64,000 nucleotides of DNA from Trueperaceae bacterium (GCA_034521815.1 JAXHLW010000001.1:64001-128000); one strand, 5' to 3'; positions 41,701 to 50,297 are shown, counted from the first letter of the stretch. The notes: generated from the letters alone by a model not told the origin. Made by a program: numbers and translations.

Positions 41701-41916
41701 CACGGTCGCGCCGACCAGCGCGTGGAGCCCGTGACGGCGTGCGGCCTGGTGCAGCTCGACCGCGCCGTACACGCCGTTCCGGTCGGTCAGCGCGACGCTT
41801 TCGTAGCCCAGCTCGGCGGCACGCTCGACCAGGCGGGTGGGGCTGCTGACGCCGCGCCCGAAGTCGAAGTAGCTGTGGGCGTTCAGCAGGTGACGAAGGC
41901 GGCGCGGGCGCGGCAT
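38740..41916 (-). CDS. dnaE2: Error-prone DNA polymerase III alpha subunit
   Basis: PHP domain (AHSYF..G, ALTD), GRGSAA, FERFL, PPDIDID, KLDLLGL, FQIESPGQ, YGFAESHA, OB fold RQKPGTAQG. Confidence 0.93.
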   Translation of the reverse strand: MPRPRRLRHLLNAHSYFDFGRGVSSPTRLVERAAELGYESVALTDRNGVYGAVELHQAARRHGLHALVGATVALRDDADVWPLPLLAASRRGYATLNELLTIAHEQGGEVTLPMLETHATDLHALSGARAGAPSRLLAQRRFRDLDRILDRLAAIYPDRFWIQLYFGAHPDDLRRARYLRTLARQRRLPAVAAPEVRYATADLWSLHDALSCARLGVTVDEPHPERPRNDALAIPRPDLSDLTPLPDPALLLPDVLANTDALAEACRWPLLPDRLVPPKARLPEGVSAEEQLERRAYEALLTRYRGETLLTARARLEEELATVRALGFAEFFLAAAEITDFCHDRGIVASGRGSAAASILCYLLAITQADPIEHQLLFERFLHGGKASPPDIDIDIASARRDEVLAWVERRFGARTEAMVCNRITYYLPSAVQDLGRALGIPPETRDRLSKALGRQHRHHRPHHALEAEEIFREVLGDAPVTDQLLGLMRRMEPRFVRHVAPHSGGVVLGREPLMHYSPIQRSSGGIKLLQFDKDDVEALGLIKLDLLGLRMLSVFERTREEVHRLDGTWLELRDPPHDDTVWDAIQQGDTMGLFQIESPGQVRMSVQLQPRTLTDLAHQVALFRPGPIQSNTVHPYVARRNGREPVTYLHPSLEAVLAKSYGVILFQEDLMRIAVHVAGMSWSDAERFRKKVTTFEDEAEIRDWHRAFVDGAMRTRGCTAQEAQAIFDAMAAFRGYGFAESHAWAFGLHAYLSAWLRHHHPAAYLAAVMNEHPGMWPLSTLRQEAKRWSVGMAPLDVNASNVGWRVESDDGPGASGSWSGGGPRTRRRLRPPFQIVKGVADEVAREIVLERARAGPYRGLRDLYGRLAVPGEALEALARGGAFDTLQSRRDALFEARALHHTTPPGQTPLFRTTPPVPPLEALGFAERTVWDYRTKGLAESGVHPVDLMRRELLDLGAVPLARARDGEVRTGGLIVARQKPGTAQGFSFFVIEDGPDRAQVVVSPDLWDAHWKMLRDARVLIVDGVLQRVGRAWTVRARAVVGLGGPVEVRGYHYGG

Positions 41917-42167
41917 CAGTCCAGCATCCGTTCCAGGTGCCAGGCGCCGGCCTGCTCGTAGACCTCGAGGGTGAGGCCGTCGTCGAGCTCCAGCAGGTAG
42001 TGCCGGCTGGGCGTCTCGCCCCGCCACCAGCGGTTGCCCACCCGCCAGGCGTCGTGAACGCGGACGACGTCGCGGACGCGACCGTCGCCCAGCTGGAGTC
42101 GGGCGGGCAGGCCGTCACGAAGCGCGGCGCGCGCGACCCGACCAGCGGCGGGCGGGCGTGGCATCAT
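41916..42167 (-). CDS. Stand-alone ImuB-C / DUF6504-like protein
   Basis: DAWRVGNRWWRGE...RHYLLEL...WHLERMLD; TGATG overlap with dnaE2. Confidence 0.8.
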   Translation of the reverse strand: MMPRPPAAGRVARAALRDGLPARLQLGDGRVRDVVRVHDAWRVGNRWWRGETPSRHYLLELDDGLTLEVYEQAGAWHLERMLD

Positions 42168-43660
42168 CCACGCCCCTTCTCGATGCCATACGGCACCAGC
42201 ACCGCCTCCGTACCTTCGTCATTCGAACCGATGCGTCCAGGACGACGTTCGTGGCCTCCGATCCGGTCGATATGGGTACGCATCGCACGCTGATGCCGTA
42301 TGGGATCGGGAGGCGTCGACGAGACCACCTCTCCCTCGCCGCTGCGCGCGAGGTCGTGGCGCGCGAGGTCGTGGCGCGCGAGGTCGCGGGGCGCAGGGCC
42401 GTCCCACGGCAGCGGATCGCCCGAGGCGAGGTCCAGCAGCCGCCAGCGCAGCCGCGGCCGTAGCGCGCCCGGGTCGTGCAGCGCGAAGCGGCGGGCCTGG
42501 CTGGGGAAGCGGGCGTGGACGGCGCGGGCGGCTTCGGCGCGGCGCCTGCGTTGCGCCCACAGCTCGCCCGCCTCCGCGCGGCGGGCCAGGCCGGAGAGCT
42601 CGATCCGCAGCTCGTCGATGCCCAGCGGCACCAGCCCGGTGTCGCTCAGCGCCAGCCGCGCCAGCCGCAGGAGCCTGATGGGATCGCGCAACGGCGCCTT
42701 CGCGCGCCGCGTCGCGTCGCTGCGCAGGCCGGCGGTCGAGACGAGCACGCGGACCCGCTCGGCGCTGCGCTCGCCCAGCGCCTCGGCGGCCTGTTCGACG
42801 AGCCGCTCCAGGATCGGGTCGATCTCGGCCGGCTCGCAGGCGGCGTCGTCGAACGCGTGGCCGGCGGCGACGACGACGGGGGGCGGGCGCACGGGGACGT
42901 GGTCGATGCGGGGGCCGTGCAGGACGGGCGTCAGCGCGCGTCCCTCGTCGCCGAGGAAGGCGAGGAGCTGAGCCGGCGTCCAGCGCCGCAGCGCTCCGAC
43001 GGTGTCGACGCCCAGCCAGGCCAGCCGCTCGCGCTGGGCGGAGGAGAGGCCCGCGCCGCCCAGCAGGTAGACCGGCGCCGGATCGAGGCGGGTCCACGGA
43101 TCCTCGCCGGCGGCCGCGACCACGGCCCGGCCGGGCTCGGCCAGGTAGGCGAGCAGGTGGGCCTCCTCGACCGTGCCGGCCCCGCCGACCCGGGCGCCGG
43201 CCCGCTCGGCGAGGGACGCGGCGTCGTGCGCGTCGCCTGCGAAGGCGACCACGCCGACCCGGACCGCGGCGACGCGGGGCGAGACGTCGTGCATGCCGTC
43301 CAAGAACGCCTCCCAGGCGGCGTCGACCTCCGGCCCGGCGCTGGGCAGGATCGTGAGGGAGGGTGCCCGCTGCCAGGCTCCGGCCACGGTCATGCCGGCC
43401 TGGACGCCTGCGGCCCGGGCGGAGGCGTCGGCGTAGGCGACGGTGCGGCCGTCCTCGCTGCAGGCGAGGGGCGCGCCGGGCGGGCCCGCCTTCGCGGCGT
43501 CGAGTCGGCCCCAGCGGTGGGCCCACAGCGCGAACGGCTCGACGCTGGCGACCAAGATCCTGGACGCCGGCTGCCCGGGGGGCGGGAAGAGCCTGCTCTG
43601 GGCCGTCTCGGCTCCGTCCTGGACGCCGTTCTGAGAGTTCGTCGTGGTACGATGCGACAT
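42164..43660 (-). CDS. Catalytically inactive Y-family polymerase homologue (ImuB-like)
   Basis: ARAAGVQAGMT, SPRVA where SxDE is expected, LAWLGVDTVGAL, little-finger region; sits upstream of ImuB-C and dnaE2. Start uncertain. Confidence 0.8.
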   Translation of the reverse strand: MSHRTTTNSQNGVQDGAETAQSRLFPPPGQPASRILVASVEPFALWAHRWGRLDAAKAGPPGAPLACSEDGRTVAYADASARAAGVQAGMTVAGAWQRAPSLTILPSAGPEVDAAWEAFLDGMHDVSPRVAAVRVGVVAFAGDAHDAASLAERAGARVGGAGTVEEAHLLAYLAEPGRAVVAAAGEDPWTRLDPAPVYLLGGAGLSSAQRERLAWLGVDTVGALRRWTPAQLLAFLGDEGRALTPVLHGPRIDHVPVRPPPVVVAAGHAFDDAACEPAEIDPILERLVEQAAEALGERSAERVRVLVSTAGLRSDATRRAKAPLRDPIRLLRLARLALSDTGLVPLGIDELRIELSGLARRAEAGELWAQRRRRAEAARAVHARFPSQARRFALHDPGALRPRLRWRLLDLASGDPLPWDGPAPRDLARHDLARHDLARSGEGEVVSSTPPDPIRHQRAMRTHIDRIGGHERRPGRIGSNDEGTEAVLVPYGIEKGRG

Positions 43661-43835
43661 CGCCGGGCACGACCTTTCGTGTCGGGACGATTCGTTCGGA
43701 CGTACCGGGGGGCCGCCACAGCCATCGGTGCGTCCGAATCCGTTCGGGGTGGGTCGGCCGCGCGCTCTCGAGACGATCTCTCGGGACGACCGTGTCGGAC
43801 CGCGCGCGCAGCGAAGCTCATGAAGTCATGCCTCG

Positions 43836-43864
43836 AGCATACCTCAAAAACTAAGGTATCGGAA
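43836..43864 (-). promoter_or_regulatory. Promoter of the imuB-like/dnaE2 cassette with an overlapping palindromic operator
   Basis: Minus strand TTCCGA-N17-TATGCT; imperfect palindrome ATACCTCA-AAAAC-TAAGGTAT (43839-43859) fills the spacer and overlaps the -10. Confidence 0.6.
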
Positions 43865-43942
43865 GATGGGCTGCGCTACCCGGCGGCACTCGCGATTCGC
43901 GTGGCGCAGCAGGGCGTCAGAGACCCTTTTGGCGGGTCCGCC

Positions 43943-44428
43943 CTACTCGACCGTCACCGACGCCGCGACCAGCACGGCTTTCGACGGGCTCATGGTGCCG
44001 TTGGTGAACGAGTACGGGCGGAAGGCCAGCCCGGTCTCGCCGGGAGGAAGGCCGGACAGGTCGACGGTCAGGTCGTACGCGAACAGCGCGCCCGCCGGGA
44101 AGGTCCCCGAAGGCACGACCTGGAACGTCACCGGCGGGTCGACCACGCTGGGCGTCGTCCAGATCTGCGGTTCCTCGTCGCCTACGAACGTGGTGTCCGC
44201 ACCGGTGCCGTTCTCCAGCACGACCACGATCCGAAGGGCGTCGAAAGCTGTCAGGTCGGCGTCGGGGCTGGTCACGTACCACTGCCCAGACCCGTTGGCG
44301 ACCAGCTCCAGCTCCGGTCCGGAGTCCTGCACGGGCGTGCTGGCGCCGCAACCGGCGAGGAGGAGCACGGCAGCCGCGACGGCGAGCAGCAAGTCGGTCG
44401 CAACGAAAGGAAGAGGACGTCGACGCAT
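43943..44428 (-). CDS. Hypothetical lipoprotein
   Basis: Lipobox LLLAGC after a basic/hydrophobic signal; SD GGAG. Confidence 0.7.
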   Translation of the reverse strand: MRRRPLPFVATDLLLAVAAAVLLLAGCGASTPVQDSGPELELVANGSGQWYVTSPDADLTAFDALRIVVVLENGTGADTTFVGDEEPQIWTTPSVVDPPVTFQVVPSGTFPAGALFAYDLTVDLSGLPPGETGLAFRPYSFTNGTMSPSKAVLVAASVTVE

Positions 44429-44538
44429 GAGGACTCTCCAATCCGAATCGCACGAGACGGGGCGGTACACGTCACTCTAGTACGGCCGTAGGACGTTCGC
44501 CACTGGCGACCCACCCCGCATCGGAACAGCGTAGGCGC

Positions 44539-45966
44539 ATGCACGCACGCGCCTCCTTCCCCCGCGCTTCCGTCGCCGCGTGGTCGGCGATCCCGCTCGC
44601 CCTCCTCGCCATCGCTCTCGGCGCGCTCGCCCCGTTCGCCGGAGCGCAGGCGCCGACCCCCCTACCCGTCGACGTGTATCTGTTCCACGGCGACGGCTGT
44701 CCCCACTGCGCGAACGCGATCGAGTTCCTGCGCGAGATGCGGACCGAGCACCCCACCCTGCACGTTCGCGACTACGAGGTCTGGTACGACGAGCCCAACC
44801 GGGACATCCTCGAGGCGTTCGCCTCCGCGTACGGGAGGCCCGTCCAGGGCGTGCCGATGATCTTCCTGGGCGACGAGGTCTGGATCGGCTTCGGGTCCAG
44901 CACCGAACGCGACCTGCGCCAGCGCATCGCGCAGTACGAGGCCGTCGCCGCGCCCGATCCGCTGGACCGCCTCTCACCCGAGATGCGCGAGCGGGCGCTC
45001 GACGCCGCCGGCGACATCGTGCCCCCGCCGACCGTCGTGAGCCCGACCGAGGCCCCCGCCGACGGCCAGGGCGTCACGCCCCTTCCGCGCCAGGAACGGA
45101 CGCTGGACCTTCCGCTGGTCGGAACCGTCGATCTCGAGCGGACCTCGCTCGTGATGACCACGGCGCTGATCGCGCTGGTCGACGGGGTGAACCCCTGTTC
45201 GCTGTGGGTGCTGGCGCTGCTGCTGGGCGTGGTGCTGGGCACCGGGACGACGTCACGTCGCCGCGTGCTGATCATCGGCGGAACGTTCCTCACGATCACC
45301 GCGATCGTCTACGCCGCGTTCGTCGCCGGCGTGTTCGAGATCCTCGCCTACCTGTCGCTGCTCGGCTGGATCCGGGTCGCCGTCGCGATCCTGGCCCTGG
45401 CGATCGCGGCGATCAACCTCAAGGACTACGTCGCGTTCGGGCGCGGCTTCAGCCTCACGATCGACGACTCGGCCAAGCCCGGCATCTACAAGGGCATCCG
45501 CAGAATCATGCAGGCCGAAGGCTCGTGGACGCTGACGCTGGGCGCCACCGCCGCGCTGGCGCTGGGCGTCACGCTGGTCGAGCTTCCCTGCACGATCGGC
45601 CTGCCGGTGGTGTGGGGAACGCTGCTCGCCGATGCGGGCGTGAGCCGCGGCACCTTCGGCGGCCTGCTGGGGCTGTACATGGTGATCTACCTGCTGGACG
45701 AGCTCGTGATCTTCGGGGCCGCCGTGATCACGCTCAAGGCCACCAAGCTCGACGAGAGCGGCGGCAGGATCCTCAAGCTCCTCGGCGGCGCCGTGATGCT
45801 GGCGTTGGCCGTCGCGATGCTCGCCTGGCCCGAGGCGCTCTCGTCGCTGAGCGGAACGGCGCTGGTGTTCGGCGCGGCGCTCGGAGGCACGGCGCTGGTC
45901 CTCGTCGTCCACCAGATCGTTCATCCCGCGTCCAGCCCCTTGCCGACCGCGGCCAAGCGCGGCTGA
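44539..45966 (+). CDS. Exported thioredoxin/glutaredoxin (CPHC) domain fused to a CcdA/DsbD-like membrane domain
   Basis: Signal peptide, FHGDGCPHC, QGVP (cis-Pro loop), then DGVNPCSLW and VELPCT membrane Cys pair. Confidence 0.85.
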   Translation: MHARASFPRASVAAWSAIPLALLAIALGALAPFAGAQAPTPLPVDVYLFHGDGCPHCANAIEFLREMRTEHPTLHVRDYEVWYDEPNRDILEAFASAYGRPVQGVPMIFLGDEVWIGFGSSTERDLRQRIAQYEAVAAPDPLDRLSPEMRERALDAAGDIVPPPTVVSPTEAPADGQGVTPLPRQERTLDLPLVGTVDLERTSLVMTTALIALVDGVNPCSLWVLALLLGVVLGTGTTSRRRVLIIGGTFLTITAIVYAAFVAGVFEILAYLSLLGWIRVAVAILALAIAAINLKDYVAFGRGFSLTIDDSAKPGIYKGIRRIMQAEGSWTLTLGATAALALGVTLVELPCTIGLPVVWGTLLADAGVSRGTFGGLLGLYMVIYLLDELVIFGAAVITLKATKLDESGGRILKLLGGAVMLALAVAMLAWPEALSSLSGTALVFGAALGGTALVLVVHQIVHPASSPLPTAAKRG

Positions 45967-45989
45967 GCAGCCGCCTCGCTGCCGACAGC

Positions 45990-46631
45990 TCACGGTGAGC
46001 GCCGCGCCGCACGCACGGCGCTCCACCCCAGGTAGGCGGCGACGAGCCACGACCCGCCCAGATCGATCCAGCGCGTCGCCGGCCAGGCCGGCGCCAGCGC
46101 CACGGTCGCCAGCGCCGCCAGCACGCTGGCGTCCACGACCGTCTTGGCGCGGTACAGCGCACGCTGTCCGCCGATCACCGTGCTGGGAAGGTCGTCTTCG
46201 AAGCGTGCGTAGCGACGCCAGAACCAGCCGTTCGTGAGCAGGCCCGCCGCCGCCACGGCGACGCCGACCGTGACGTTACCCCCGGGCCGGAACGCGCCGC
46301 CGCGGCTGGCCGCGAGCGCCGCCACCAGCGCCCCCGACGTCGCGAGCGTCGCCACCACCGTCCGGTGCGCCCAGCGCTCCCAGCGGACGCGGCGACCCGC
46401 CGCCTGGTCGGGCCCGCCCCGCGCGAACGCCGCGTACGACGTGCCGATCGCCAGCAGCTCGACGGTCCGGCGCACGAAGTCGGCGAGCTGCGTCGTGGAC
46501 TGGCTCATCGCCACCGCGACGCCGGTCGCGAGCGGCGCCCAGGCGCTCAGGAACAGCGCCAGTCGCAACGTCCGCTGACGGCGTCCGCGCTGGTCCGCGG
46601 ACAGGCCGGTCGCCGCGTCGGGACGGTCCAC
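45990..46631 (-). CDS. Cation-efflux (CDF)-like membrane protein, TM domain only
   Basis: Six TMs with CDF-like spacing (SQSTTQLADF..., WIDLGGSWLVAAYL); no cytosolic C-terminal domain. Confidence 0.65.
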   Translation of the reverse strand: MDRPDAATGLSADQRGRRQRTLRLALFLSAWAPLATGVAVAMSQSTTQLADFVRRTVELLAIGTSYAAFARGGPDQAAGRRVRWERWAHRTVVATLATSGALVAALAASRGGAFRPGGNVTVGVAVAAAGLLTNGWFWRRYARFEDDLPSTVIGGQRALYRAKTVVDASVLAALATVALAPAWPATRWIDLGGSWLVAAYLGWSAVRAARRSP

Positions 46632-46642
46632 CTCAGCCCACC

Positions 46643-47374
46643 TCAGCCCACACCGGTCCAGGCCAGGAGCCCCACGACGGCGGCCACCGAGGCGGACGCG
46701 GCGAGCGGGACGGTGAGCGTGTCCGTCCCGCCTCGCGAGACCAGCTCGACGAGCGTCGCCGAGGCGGCGGCGACGCTCGCCGCGAGCGTCACGACCGCCC
46801 ACGGCACGCCGCCGTACAGCCGCAGCGTGAGTGCGATGGCCACCGCCGCGGCCGTCGCCATCGCCAGCGAGCCCTCCACCGTCTTGCCTGCGTCCACGAA
46901 ACGCGAGACGACGAAGCGGCGACCGAACCGCTTTCCGACCAGGGCCGCCGCCGCGTCGCCGAACGTCCAGCCCATCACCCCCGCCGCGACGACGGCCTTT
47001 CCCGGCGACCCGGCCGCGCCCCAGAACAGCGCCATGTTCGCCGCGAACGACGCCTGGACCCACATCATCGAGCGGCGCAGCTCGCCACCGCCCACCAGCC
47101 GATCGGGCAAGAAGCGCCGGTAGCCGGACCACCGCTCCAGCGCCAGGAGCGCGGGGTAGGCGACGAGCACCAGCACGAACGCCGCGGCCACCGCCTCGTA
47201 CCAGGCGCCGAACAGCGTGAGCATGAGCCAGATCGACAGGCCGTAGCCCAGATGGTGGGTCTTGCGGATCACCTCGCCCGGAGCGCGGGTCCACGTCCGC
47301 AACGCCACCGGAACGACCAGACACGCGACCAGGTAGTACGCGAACAGCCAGACGGTGGCGAGGAGGAACCCCAT
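46643..47374 (-). CDS. Phytol/dolichol kinase-like (CTP_transf_1 superfamily) membrane protein
   Basis: EVIRKTHH, FGDAAAALVGKRFG, GKTVEGS, ELVSRGGTDTLTVP. Confidence 0.82.
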   Translation of the reverse strand: MGFLLATVWLFAYYLVACLVVPVALRTWTRAPGEVIRKTHHLGYGLSIWLMLTLFGAWYEAVAAAFVLVLVAYPALLALERWSGYRRFLPDRLVGGGELRRSMMWVQASFAANMALFWGAAGSPGKAVVAAGVMGWTFGDAAAALVGKRFGRRFVVSRFVDAGKTVEGSLAMATAAAVAIALTLRLYGGVPWAVVTLAASVAAASATLVELVSRGGTDTLTVPLAASASVAAVVGLLAWTGVG

Positions 47375-47489
47375 GACGGCGATCTCCGTGTCCGCGCTCC
47401 GGGTGGCGGAGCGCTCCTGTCCCTGATCAGCGTCCCCTGTCTTCACGATAGACGACGGCGCCACGCTGGAGGCACGCCGCCGTGACCGG

Positions 47490-50297
47490 TCAGCCGGGGC
47501 GTGCGCCGTGGGCCTGCAGCCACGGCTCGATCGCCTCGCCCGGCAGCGGCTTCGCGAGCAGGTAGCCCTGCTCGGCTGTGCAGCCGGTCTCGGTCAGGAA
47601 CGCACGCTGGGCCTCGGTTTCGACCCCTTCCGCGATCGTTTCGAGATCGAACGCCCTTGCGAGCTGGACCATGGCGTGGATCAGCGCGCGGTCGCCGTGC
47701 GAGACCTCGGCGTCCACCCGCTCCACGAACGTCTTGTCGATCTTGAGCACGTCGGCATCGAGGTGCTGCAGCTGGCTGAGCGACGCGTAGCCGGTCCCGA
47801 AGTCGTCGATCGCGACGCGGGCGCCCAACCCGCGAAGCGTCCGCAGCGCCTCGCGGACGCTCGCGGTCACCGTCATCGCGGTCGTCTCGGTGATCTCGAT
47901 CTCGAGGTCGCTGGGGGCCAGGTGCGCCTCTGACAGGTCGGCCAGGACGTTCGCGAGCCAATCGTCCTCGTCGAGCTCGCGCGCCGAGACGTTCACCGCG
48001 ATCCGAGCGCAGGAGATCCCGGACCGGCGCCAGCGGCGCAGGCGATCGAACGCCTTTCGCCTCACGGCCGCGCCCAGCGCGACGATCAGACCCGATCGTT
48101 CCGCTTCGCGTACGAAGCGATCGGGAGCGACCGGGCCCCAGACCGGATGGGTCCACCGTGCCAGCGCCTCGACCCCGACCAGGCTGCCGTCGCGCAGGCT
48201 CGCCTGAGGCTGGAAGTGGAGGTCGATCTCGTCGCGCGCCAGGGCGCCGGACAGCTCGGAGCGCAGCGTGAGGCGCTCGGCGGCGAGCTGATCGAGCTGG
48301 CTCGAGTAGTAGCGCACCGTGCCCGGTCCCGCCTCCTTGGCCGCGTGCAGAGCCGTCTCGGCATGGGCCAGAAGGTCCGCGGCAGCGCGCCCGTCGTCGG
48401 GCGCGATGGCCACGCCGACGCTGCACCCGAGGTGCACGGCCTGACCGCGAACGTCGAACGGCTCGCTCAGCGCTCGTTGCGCCGTCCGGACCGCGTCGTC
48501 CAGCGCCGTGAGGTCGTCGTCGCGTCGGAACGCCATCACGAAGCGGTCCTCGGCATAGCGCCCCAGGACGTCGTTCCCGCGGTGGAGCGAGCCCAGGCGC
48601 GACGCGACGCCTTGCAGGACCTCGTCGCCCGCAGCGTGGCCCAGCGAGTCGTTCACCGACCGGAACCCGTCCAGGCCCAGCACCAGCACCCCGGTCCGGC
48701 CGCCACGGCTCGGCGCGCTGGCGAGGTGTCGCCTCAGCGCGCGTCCTGCGCCGTTCCGGTTCGGTAGGCCGGTCAAGGGGTCGAAGAACGTCAACGCGTC
48801 GACGCGTTCGGACAGGCTGCGCAGCTCCGTGACGTCCACGTCGATGCCGTGGATGACGGCGGGACGGTCGTTCGCGTCTCGCTCGACGGTCGCTTGCGAT
48901 AGGACGCGATGGACACGTCCGTGGGCGCCCAGCAGCCGGTACTCGTTTCGGTAGCCGGACGTCGGATCGGCCTCGAACGCGCGCAGCAGGTCCAGCACCG
49001 TGGCGGCGTCGTCCGGGTGCAGCAGCCGAGCGAAGCCGTCGAGGTCGCCTGGGACCTCGCCGGGGCGGTAGCCGAGGTGCCGCCTCCAGGCGTCGGAGAT
49101 CTCGAACGCGTCGCTGCGCAGGTCGTGGATCCAGAAGCCCAGGTTCGCCGTCTGCGACGCCAGGGCGTTCCGCATCCGCTCGCCCTCCAGCCGCGACTCC
49201 GTCTCACGGACGCGCGTCATGTCCTGCACGGTGGCGATGAAGCGCGCATCGAGCGTCGAGTCGGCGTCGACACGGCTCACCGTCGTCATCGTCGGGGTCG
49301 TGCTGCCGTCGGGCCGGATCCGCTCGGCCTCGTACGTCGCCGTGCCGGTCCGCTCGGCTTCGGCCAGGTGGCCCACGATCCGCTCGCGGTCGCCCTCCAC
49401 GAACAGGTCGAGGATCGGCTTGCCGATCAGGTCGGCCGCGTCGACGCCCTGGATCGTGGCGTAGGCGTCGTTCATCATCGTCAGGTGGGTGCCGGACGCG
49501 TCGGACAGCGCGACGCCCACCTTCAGCGAGCGAAACACCGTCTCCCACAGCTTCGACGCCCGTTCGTGCCGGACCTGGTCGGTCACGTCCTGCTTCGCGG
49601 CGATGAAGTGGGTGACGGCGCCCGCGTCGTCGTGAATCGGGCTGATCACCATCTCCTCGTCGTACGTCGTGCCGTCCTTGCGGCGGTTCACGAGACGACC
49701 GCGCCAAGGGACGCCCGCCAGGATCGTGCGCCACATCTCGTCGTAGAAGGCGTCGTCCTGGTGGCCCGAGCGCACCAGGTCGCCGGGGCGCGCTCCGATC
49801 GCCTCGTCGAGACCGTAGCCGGTGAGCTGGCTGAACGCCGGGTTGCACCACAGCACGCGTCCGCCCCGGTCGGTGAGCACCAGCGCGTGCGCGACGACGT
49901 CCAGGGCGTGGTCGCGCAGGCGCCTCAGCGCGGGCGAGCGGGCCAGCTGCGTGGCGTCGCGAACGAGGGCGTAGCGAAGCTCCTGGTCGCCCAGGCGGAC
50001 GCGACCGACCGCGACCCGAACGTCGCGCTCCGACCCGTCGGCCCGCCGGTGCACGGCGTCGAACTCGGCGCCGTCGCGAGGCTCCTCGCGCGTGATCGGC
50101 GTGGGAGCAGCGGAGCCGCTGGCCACGGTGAGGTCGAGCCAGGACCGGGTCTGGAGATCGTGGCGCGACCAGCCGTAGAATCGCGCCGCGGCCGGGTTCG
50201 CGTCGACGATCCGGCCGAAGGCCGGATCGATCAGCAGCATCGCGGTGCGATCGTCGTCGAACAGCGATCGGAAGGCGCTATCGCGGGGCAGCGTCAC
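47490..50297 (-). CDS. Multi-PAS GGDEF(degenerate)-EAL protein, probable c-di-GMP phosphodiesterase
   Basis: Four PAS/PAC-like repeats, DPLTGLPNR, VNDSLGHAAGD, GRYAEDRF in place of GGDEF; EAL, DDFGTGY and EGVE intact. Confidence 0.92.
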   Translation of the reverse strand: MTLPRDSAFRSLFDDDRTAMLLIDPAFGRIVDANPAAARFYGWSRHDLQTRSWLDLTVASGSAAPTPITREEPRDGAEFDAVHRRADGSERDVRVAVGRVRLGDQELRYALVRDATQLARSPALRRLRDHALDVVAHALVLTDRGGRVLWCNPAFSQLTGYGLDEAIGARPGDLVRSGHQDDAFYDEMWRTILAGVPWRGRLVNRRKDGTTYDEEMVISPIHDDAGAVTHFIAAKQDVTDQVRHERASKLWETVFRSLKVGVALSDASGTHLTMMNDAYATIQGVDAADLIGKPILDLFVEGDRERIVGHLAEAERTGTATYEAERIRPDGSTTPTMTTVSRVDADSTLDARFIATVQDMTRVRETESRLEGERMRNALASQTANLGFWIHDLRSDAFEISDAWRRHLGYRPGEVPGDLDGFARLLHPDDAATVLDLLRAFEADPTSGYRNEYRLLGAHGRVHRVLSQATVERDANDRPAVIHGIDVDVTELRSLSERVDALTFFDPLTGLPNRNGAGRALRRHLASAPSRGGRTGVLVLGLDGFRSVNDSLGHAAGDEVLQGVASRLGSLHRGNDVLGRYAEDRFVMAFRRDDDLTALDDAVRTAQRALSEPFDVRGQAVHLGCSVGVAIAPDDGRAAADLLAHAETALHAAKEAGPGTVRYYSSQLDQLAAERLTLRSELSGALARDEIDLHFQPQASLRDGSLVGVEALARWTHPVWGPVAPDRFVREAERSGLIVALGAAVRRKAFDRLRRWRRSGISCARIAVNVSARELDEDDWLANVLADLSEAHLAPSDLEIEITETTAMTVTASVREALRTLRGLGARVAIDDFGTGYASLSQLQHLDADVLKIDKTFVERVDAEVSHGDRALIHAMVQLARAFDLETIAEGVETEAQRAFLTETGCTAEQGYLLAKPLPGEAIEPWLQAHGARPG

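Noticed and set aside
43839..43859. Palindrome as a canonical RDRM (DdrO site) or E. coli/Bacillus SOS box
   Set aside because: The arms (TACCT/AGGTA) do not match those consensus sequences as I recall them, so it is kept only as an unassigned operator.
46643..47374. Phytol-kinase-like gene as part of the PKS-UbiA cluster
   Set aside because: It lies 12 kb away with unrelated genes in between, and there is no sequence evidence of co-regulation.
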